Source of the DNA: Eledone cirrhosa
Taxonomy: Eukaryota
Length of the DNA stretch: 64,000 bases
NCBI GenBank assembly: GCA_964016885.1
Contig: OZ024748.1
Coordinates: 31,248,001 to 31,312,000, forward strand
Direction: 5' to 3'
Of this stretch, positions 55,256 to 64,000 are shown piece after piece; position 1 is the first letter of the stretch; every line of letters begins with the position of its first letter. The notes under the pieces are model-generated. The model did no database searches. It worked only from the letters and a program-made list of their open reading frames with translations, and was not told the origin of the DNA. A program made the position numbers and the translations under genes.

Positions 55256-58034
55256 TATTTATTATATAAACATTTACAATTATTATTATTATTATTAATT
55301 TTATATACTAAATAATAAAAAAAATAATAACCATAAAATAACTTTGAAATATTTTCCTTTCAAAAATATCAAACAATATATTAAAACATTTTTTTTTTAA
55401 ACAATATATATTAATTTATAAAGACCAATTACAAATTAACTACAAAATTAAATCTATATTATTTTGAAATAATATATAAGTATAAAACAACCAAAAATTA
55501 ATTATATATATATCTATAATCGATACGAACGAAATTTATAAATCCCAGTATATATATATATTTTTTTATATATGAATTAACTTAGTATATATTGAAAAAA
55601 AAACAATTAATCTAACTAACCTGAGGCAGATCTTGTTATAATACCAGAGGCACAGGCCCCAATATTCAATTTATTAAATAAATATTATTATATGATAAAT
55701 TAAAGTACTTTTATAAGTTATCATAATTAAAATACATTATAACTATATACTTACGGATTTATTTATAAAACAAATAATAATAATTAAATAATAATAAATT
55801 TATTAATATCTTAGTATAAATTTGTTATTTAAAACAATTTTATTTAAAAGCAGGCATACAAATATAGGTTATAACGTATAAAATTTATTTATTTAAAAGC
55901 AGGGATACAAATATAGGATATAACGTATAAAATTTATTTTTTTAAAAGCAGGGATACAATATAAATTAAAATAATCATATATAATTTAATTAATTAAATA
56001 AAATTTAATTTAAAAATAATATTAATTTAGATTTAATGATAATAAAAGAATAGAATTTTATTCCACTTTACAAGAAGCTTTTCCCCCAAATTTATATTAA
56101 AACCAATTATTAATTATAATTTAATAATACACACTCAAATGTCTATATAGTAAACTAGCTACCATAAAAATCGATACCATTTATTATTAAATATATAACT
56201 TTAACACGTTAACAAATCAATATAATAAATAAATCTTCCTATTTCGAGAACCCAATATTTATTTATTAATATTATTAATCTATTATACAAAAGATACAAT
56301 CATTAATATTTACTATACATTAATTTTTTTAAACACCCTTTTCAGTACAATCAATTTTAACATTCTTCTAACCCTCTATTTAAAATTTTTAATCTAATCT
56401 ATATAAATAATAACTATATTATTAACTTTCAAAAATAATTAAATCAATAAATATTTTCTCAACGTAAGTGAGACACATTATACTTATGTTAATTCTTGTA
56501 CTTATTATATAAATCCAGAAACAATTTCTATTTCTTATCTAAATAACAAGAGTGACGGGCGATATGTACACCCTACAAAACCATTATTCACATATACACA
56601 CTAATTAAAATTACTATTAAGTCCACCTTTCTATAAAAATATATAATTTTAATTCCGGAACAAAATAAAATTAACTATAGCTCATTAAACCTTTTTATAA
56701 GCTGCATAAAAATTTAAATATTTTCTAGTCTTTTAACATAATTCTTTAAACATAAACTGACGACAGCAATATACAAACTGAACTTATATACAATTTCAAA
56801 AAAAAAGTTAGTTTAAATTGAGGATTATCAAATAAATTAACAAGCTCCCCTAATTGGATATGTAGAACCGCCAAACTTTTTAAGTTTTAAATAAACACGT
56901 AATCTTATAAAAGTAAACATAATTCATAATACTCAGGTAAAATAACTTTATTTTTACAAATCAAAATAATAGGGTATCTAATCCTAGTTTATTATCGAAT
57001 TTTCACAGCATTTATAATAAAGAAAACAAAAAAAAACAATCAAATTTTATATATAAATTTTACCTAAAGACTCATTATATTCTTTCCTCATAAATAATAT
57101 TATATTACTTTATTTTCAACCAAATCTTTTTAATCTTAATTATTTGTATAACCGTAGATGCTGGCACAAATTTATCCAACTACCACATATATATACTGAT
57201 AAAAATTATAAAACCACTATATTAAATCCTATTTAATATCATAATATATTATATTTAAATTATAAATATATTAAACAAATAATCTAAATATATAAATATA
57301 TAATCAACTTTATATATATATATATATAATATCCAACATGTATAAAATTACAAAAATTAAAAACAAACCAAAGTCAAATTTAAATAATAAAGAGATATAA
57401 ATATATCCATTTTCGAGGTATGAACCCAACAGCTTTTTTAGCTTACTTTATTATAAAGTTTCAACAAAAATGTATTTTTAAATTTGCAATTTAATATTTT
57501 AATATAAATTATAAAACCATGAGACAGTTACTACTTATAAATAGATTTACAATCTACCGACTAAATTATTTCGACCACCTCATACAGAATTTAAACAACA
57601 AATATTTATTTTAAATTTTGAAAATTTACAGTTTAAACTCTTTACAAAAAGATCAAAACTTTACATGCCCATACACCAAATTATATTATTTTATTTAACA
57701 TTATATCTAAACCTATTATTTGGAAAATAATTATACTATTTATACTAATAAAATATATTCTCAATAAATTATTAACATTCATCCCTAAAAATTGAAAATC
57801 TTTCGTAAGAACCCTTAAATAAAATCCATATTTTATATATATATATTATTTATTTACAATTATTATTATTATTAATATATACTTCCTAATTTTATATTTT
57901 TTTGATTCAAAAAAATAATAACCATAAAATAACTTTGAAATATTTTCCTTTCAAAAATATCATTACAATATATCATCCCTAAAAATTGAAAATCTTTCGT
58001 GCCCATTACACCATAAGAAACCTTAAATAAAATC

Positions 58035-58086
<52 letters not shown>

Positions 58087-60137
58087 TATTTATTATATAA
58101 ACATTTACAATTATTATTATTATTATTAATTTTAAATTTTAATCAAAAAAATAATAACCATAAAATAATTTTAATCAAAAAAATAATAACCATAGATTAA
58201 TATTAAAATCTAAATTTTAATCAAAAAAATAATAACCATAAAATAACTTTGAAATATTTTCCTTTCAAAAATATCAAACAATATATTAAAACATTTTTTT
58301 TTAAACAATATATATTAATTTATAAAGACCAATTATAAATTAACTACAAAATTAAATCTATATTATATTGAAATAATATATAGGTATAAAACAACCAAAA
58401 ATTAATTATATATATATCTATACTCGATACGAACGAAATTTATAAATCCCAGTATATATATATATTTTTTTATATATACATTAACTTAGTATATATTGAA
58501 GAAAAAAACAATTAATCTAATTAACCGGAGGCAGATCTTGTTATAATACCAGAGGCACAGGCCCCAATATTCAATTTATTAAATAAATATTATTATATGA
58601 TAAATTAAAGTACTTTTATAAGTTAACATAATTAAAATACATTATAACTATATACTTACGGATTTATTTATAAAACAAATAATAATAATTAAATAATAAT
58701 AAATTTATTAATATCTTAGTATAAATTTGTTATTTAAAACAATTTTATTTAAAAGCAGGGATACAAATATAGGTTATAACGTATAAAATGTATTTATTTA
58801 AAAGCAGAGATACAAATATATTTGTATATATTTGTATAATAATCATATATAATTTAATTAATTAAATAAAATTTAATTTAAAAATAATATTAATTTAGAT
58901 TTAATGATAATAAAAGAATAGAATTTTATTCCACTTTACAAGAAGCTTTTCCCCCAAATTTATATTGAAACCAATTATTAATTATAATTTAATTATAATA
59001 CACACCCAAATGTCTATATAATAAACTAGCTACCATAAAAATCGATACCATTTATTATTAAATATATAACTTTACCACGTTAACAAATCAATATAATAAA
59101 TAAATCTTCCTATTTCGAGAACCTAATATTTATTTATTAATATAATTGTTTCTACTTTAGGCACAAGGCCAGCAATTTCCCAGTACATTACTGGTACTTT
59201 ATTTTATCTACCCCGTAAGGATGAAAGGCAAAGTTAACCTTGGCGGGATTTATACAAAAGATACAATCATTAATATTTACTATACATTAATTTTTTTAAA
59301 CACCCTTTTCAGCACAATCAATTTTAACATTCTTCTAACCCTCTATTTAAAATTTTTAATCTAAACTATATAAATAATAACTATATTATTAACTTTCAAA
59401 AATAATTAAATCAATAAATATTTTCTCAACGTAAGTGAGACACATTATACTTATGTTAATTCTTGTACTTTATTATATAAATCCAGAAACAATTTCTATT
59501 TCTTATCTAAATAACAAGAGTGACGGGCGATATGTACACCTTACAAAACTAATTAAAAATTACTATTAAGTCCACCTTTCTATAAAAATATATAATTTTA
59601 ATTCCGGAACAAAATAAAATTAACTATAATTTAATTATAATACACACCCAAATGTCTATATAATAAACTAGCTACCATAAAAATCGATACCATTTATTAT
59701 TAAATATATAACTTTACCACCTTTTTTATAAGCTGCATAAAAATTTAAATATTTTCTAGTCTTTTAACATAATTCTTAAAACATAAACTAACGACAGCAA
59801 TATACAAACTGAACTTATATACAATTTCAAAAAAAAGTTAGTTTAAATTGAGGATTATCAAATAAATTAACAAGCTCCCTTAATTGGATATGTAGAACCG
59901 CCAAACTTTTTAAGTTTTAAATAAACACGTAATCTTATAAAAGTAAACATAATTCATAATACTCAGGTAAAATAACTTTATTTTTACAAATCAAAATAAT
60001 AGGGTATCTAATCCTAGTTTATTATTGAATTTTCAAAGCATTTATAATAAAGAAAACATATTACCTAAAAACTCATTATAATCTTTCCTCATAAATAATA
60101 TTATATTACTTTATTTTCAACCAAATCTTTTTAATCT

Positions 60138-63100
60138 ATTTACAATTGGATAAAATAAAATAAATTTACAATTTGATTTTTTTTCACCTTAGTAAATATT
60201 TCGAAAAATGTAAAAATATGACTTTTTAACAAAAAACGTAAAAATACAAAAAACGTAATCAATGTATAAACGCATTCATTTTCTGTAAAAGCAGAAGTAA
60301 ATATTTCCCAAAATTTGAAATCAGAAAGTAAATATTTCGAAAGATTTCGAAAGTAATCATTTTGTGTTCAAAAATTGATTTCACCGACTGTAAAAATTTC
60401 GAAATCATTTTCGAAATACTGTGTAAAAAGATCAATTTGTGAAGGAATATTGAATCTTCTTTGAGAGACCTAAAATAATCAATTTTTTTATACTTTGCGA
60501 AATATTTACTAAGGTTATATAACCTTAGTTAATATTTCGAAAAGTATAAAAAAATTTGACATTTTTCGAAATATTTACTAAGGTGTAAAAAAATCAAATT
60601 GTCAGAAAATGAATGCGTTTACACATTGATTACGTTTTTTTAAAAGTCATATTTTTCTAAGGTGTAAAAAAATCAAATGGTCAGAAAATGAATGCGTTTA
60701 TACATTGATTACGTTTTTTGTATTTTTACGTTTTTTTGTTAAAAAGTCATATTTTTCGAAATATCTACTAAGGTGTAAAAAAATCAAATTGTCAGAAAAT
60801 GAATGCGTTTATACATTGATTACGTTTTTTGTATTTTTACTTTTTTTGTTAAAAAGTCATATATTTACATATTTCGAAACTGTGTAAAAAAATCTAATTG
60901 TAAATTTATTTTATTGCATTTTACGATTTACTTCTGCTTTTACTTTTTTACGTTTTTCTGTTAAAAGTCAATCTGTATTCGTTGAAGGCATTTTTGAAGT
61001 AAATGATTTTTGAAGTAAATGATTTCAAAAATGCCTTCAAAAGAAATCAAGAACGCAGATTGACTTTCAACAGAAAAACGTAAAAAAATAAAGGGAAAAG
61101 TAAATCGTAAAATGCAATAAAATAAATTTACAATTTGATTTTTTTTCACCGTAGTAAATATTTCGAAAAATCTAAAAATATGACTTTTTAACAAAAAACG
61201 TAAAAATACAAAAAACGTAATCAATGTATAAACGCATTCATTTTCTATTTCCCAAAATTTGAAATCAGAAAGTAAATATTTCGAAAGATTTCGAAAGTAA
61301 ATTATAAATATATTAAATAAATAATCTAAATATATAAATACATAATCAACTTTATATATATATATATATAATATCTAACATGTATAAAATTACAAAAATT
61401 AAAAACAAACCAGTCAAATTTAAATAATAAAGAGATATAAATATATCCATTTTCGATGTATAAACCCAACAGCTTTTTTAGCTTACTTTATTATAAAGTT
61501 TCAACAAAAATATATTTTTAAATTTGCAATTTAATATTTTAATATAAATTATAAAACTTATAAATAGATTTACAATCTACCGACTAAATTATTTCGACCA
61601 CCTCATACAGAATTTAAACAACAGATATTTATTTTAAATTTTGAAAATTTACAGTTTATTTTAACTTTAAACTCTTTACAAAAAGATCAAAACTTTACAT
61701 GCCCATACACCAAATTATATTATTTTATTTAACATTATATCTAAACCTATTATTTGGAAAATAATTGTACTATTTATACTAATAAAATATATTCTCAATA
61801 AATTATTAAAACTCATCCCTAAAAATTTTTACGTTTTACGTTTATTTGTTAAAAAGTCATATTTATCGAAATATCTACTAAGGTGTAAAAAAATCAAATT
61901 GTCAGAAAATGAATGCGTTTATACATTGATTACGTTTTTTGTATTTTTACGTTTTTTGTTAAAAAGTCAAATATTTACATATTTCGAAATATTTACTGTG
62001 TAAAAAAATCAAATTGTAATTTGATTTTATTGCATTTTGAGATTTACTTCTGCTTTTTTTCTGTTAAAAGTCAATCGTCATTCGTTGAAGGCATTTTTGA
62101 AGTAAATGATTTTTGAAGTAAATGATTTCAAAAATGCCTTCAAAAGAAATCAAGAACGCAGATTGACTTTTAACAGAAAAACGTAAAAAAATAAAGGGAA
62201 AAGTAAATCGTAAAATGCAATGAAATCAATTTACAATTTAATTTTTTATCACCTTAGTAAATATTTCGAAAAATGTAAGAATATGACTTTTTAACAAAAA
62301 ACGTAAAAATACAAAAAACGTAATCAATGTATAAACGCATTCATTTTCTGTAAAAGCAGAAGTAAATATTTCCCAAAATTTGAAATCAGAAAGTAAATAT
62401 TTCGATAGATTTCGAAAGTAATCATGTTGTGTTCAAAAATTGATTTCACCGACTGTAAAAATTTCGAAATCATTTTCGAAATACTGTGTAAAAAGATGAA
62501 TTTGTGAAGGAATATTGAATCTTCTTTGAGAGACCTAAAATAATCAATTTTTTAATACTTTTCGAAATATTTACTAAGGTTATATAACCTTAGTAAATAT
62601 TTCGAAAAGTATAAAAAAATTTGACATTTTTCGAAATATTTACTAAGGTGTAAAAAAAATCAAATTGTTATATTTTTACATTTTTCGAAATATTTATTTA
62701 CTAAGGTGTAAAAAAATCAATTACGTTTTTTGTATACTTTTCGAAATATTTACTAAGGTTATATAACCTTAGTAGATATTTCGAAAAGTATTAAAAAAAT
62801 TTGACATTTTTCGAAATATTTACTAAGGTGTAAAAAAATCAAATTGTCAGAAAATGAATGCGTTTACACATTGATTACTTTTTTTGTATTTTTACGTTTA
62901 TTTTGTTAAAAAGTCATATTTTTAGAAATATCTACTAAGGTGTAAAAAAATCAAATTGTCAGAAAATGAATACGTTTATACATTGATTACGTTTTTTGTA
63001 TTTTTACATATTTCGAAATATTTACTGTGTAAATAAGTCAAATTGTAAATTGATTTTATTGCATTTTACGATTTACTTCTGCTTTTACTTTTTTTAAGTT

Positions 63101-64000
63101 TTTCTGTTAAAAGTCAATCTGCATTCTTTGAAGGCATTTTTGAAGTAAATGATTTTTGAAGTAAATGATTTCAAAAATGCCTTCAAAAGAAATCAAGAAC
63201 GCAGATTTACTTTTAACAGAAAAACGTAAAAAAAAGTAAAGGGAAAACTAAATCGTAAAATGCAATAGAATCAATTTACAATTTGATTTTTTTTCACCTT
63301 AGTAAATATTTCGAAAATGTAAATATATGACTTTTTAACAAAAATCGTAAAAATACAATAAACGCATTCATTTTCTGTAAAAGCAGAAGTAAATATTTCC
63401 CAAAATTTGAAATCAGAAAGTAAATATTTCGAAAGATTTCGAAAGTAATCATTTTGTGTTCAAAAATTGATTTCACCGACTGTAAAAATTTCGAAATCAT
63501 TTTCGAAATACTGTGTAAAAAGATCAATTTGTGAAGGAATATTGAATCTTCTTTGAGAGAGCTAAAATAATCAATTTTTTAATACCTTTTGAAATATTTA
63601 CTAAGGTTATATAACCTTAGTAAATATTTCGAAAAGTATAAAAAAATTTGACATTTTTCGAAATATTTACTAAGGTGTAAAAAAATCAAATTGTTATATT
63701 TTTACATTTATTGAAATATTTACTAAGGTGTAAAAAAATCAAATTGTCAGAAAATGAATGCGTTTATACATTGATTACGTTTTTTGTATTTTTACGTTTT
63801 TTGTTAAAAAGTCATATATTTACATATTTCGAAATATTTACTTAATATTTATTTAAAAAAATCAAATTGTAATTTGATTTTATTGCATTTTACGATTTAC
63901 TTCTGCTTTTTTTTTCTGTTAAAAGTCAATCTTCATTCGTTGAAGGCATTTTTGAAGTAAATGATTTTTTAAGTAAATGATTTCAAAAATGCCTTCAAAA
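60138..64000. repeat. AT-rich ~1.05-kb satellite composed of nested inverted repeats
   Basis: TTGAAGGCATTTTTGAAGTAAATG at ~60982, 62085, 63128 and 63940; palindrome ACTAAGGTTATATAACCTTAGT at ~60508, 62573, 62752 and 63600. Confidence 0.85.
61299..61826 (-). pseudogene. Isolated NUMT fragment (rrnS 5' end + decayed M-C-Y-W-Q-G-E cluster) inside the palindromic satellite
   Basis: Matches array unit sequence such as ~51345-51875. Confidence 0.85.

Larger units (their letters stand above)
23041..60137. repeat. Tandem macrosatellite derived from mitochondrial DNA (NUMT), ~13-14 units of ~1.8-3.2 kb
   Basis: The 12S hallmark GAGTGACGGGCGATATGTACAC recurs at about 24362, 26220, 29323, 31179, 34345, 37062, 42517, 44835, 47737, 50638, 53635, 56550 and 59518. 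TAGGGTATCTAATCC and TAACCGCAGATGCTGGCAC also recur. Copies differ by indels and carry nuclear TE insertions. Confidence 0.95.

Noticed and set aside
23041-60137. A real mitochondrial genome or functional rRNA/tRNA operons
   Set aside because: Copies carry deletions in conserved cores, mutated anticodons, a pseudogenised cox3 and nuclear TE insertions with TSDs.

Overview
This window is eukaryotic, AT-rich, repeat-dominated nuclear DNA with no recognisable host protein gene. The host is most likely an octopod cephalopod, inferred from the mitochondrial gene order and an Octopus-type SINE. Positions 1-23 kb are retroelements nested in (TA)n-type microsatellites. They include an apparently intact Penelope-like element (PLE; RT + C-terminal GIY-YIG) with an inverted pseudo-LTR, two CR1-like LINEs, an RTE 3' fragment, a second decayed PLE, and several small non-coding tandem/inverted elements. 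Folding by eye finds type I hammerhead ribozymes in at least six different sequence families, including a ~315-bp retrozyme-like tandem array whose U3-A8 variant hammerheads covary between copies. There is also a tRNA-like 271-bp element with PLE-style architecture. Positions 23-60 kb are a ~37-kb macrosatellite built from a nuclear copy of mtDNA (rrnL 5' part-trnV-rrnS-trnM-C-Y-W-Q-G-E-control region). It has about 13-14 units of ~2-3 kb, higher-order duplications, SINE/RTE insertions, and one single-copy cox3-K-A-R-N-I-nad3/nad2 block. Positions 60-64 kb are a ~1.05-kb palindromic AT-rich satellite interleaved with a NUMT fragment. All structures and coordinates were read by eye; clade names and ribozyme activity need confirmation.
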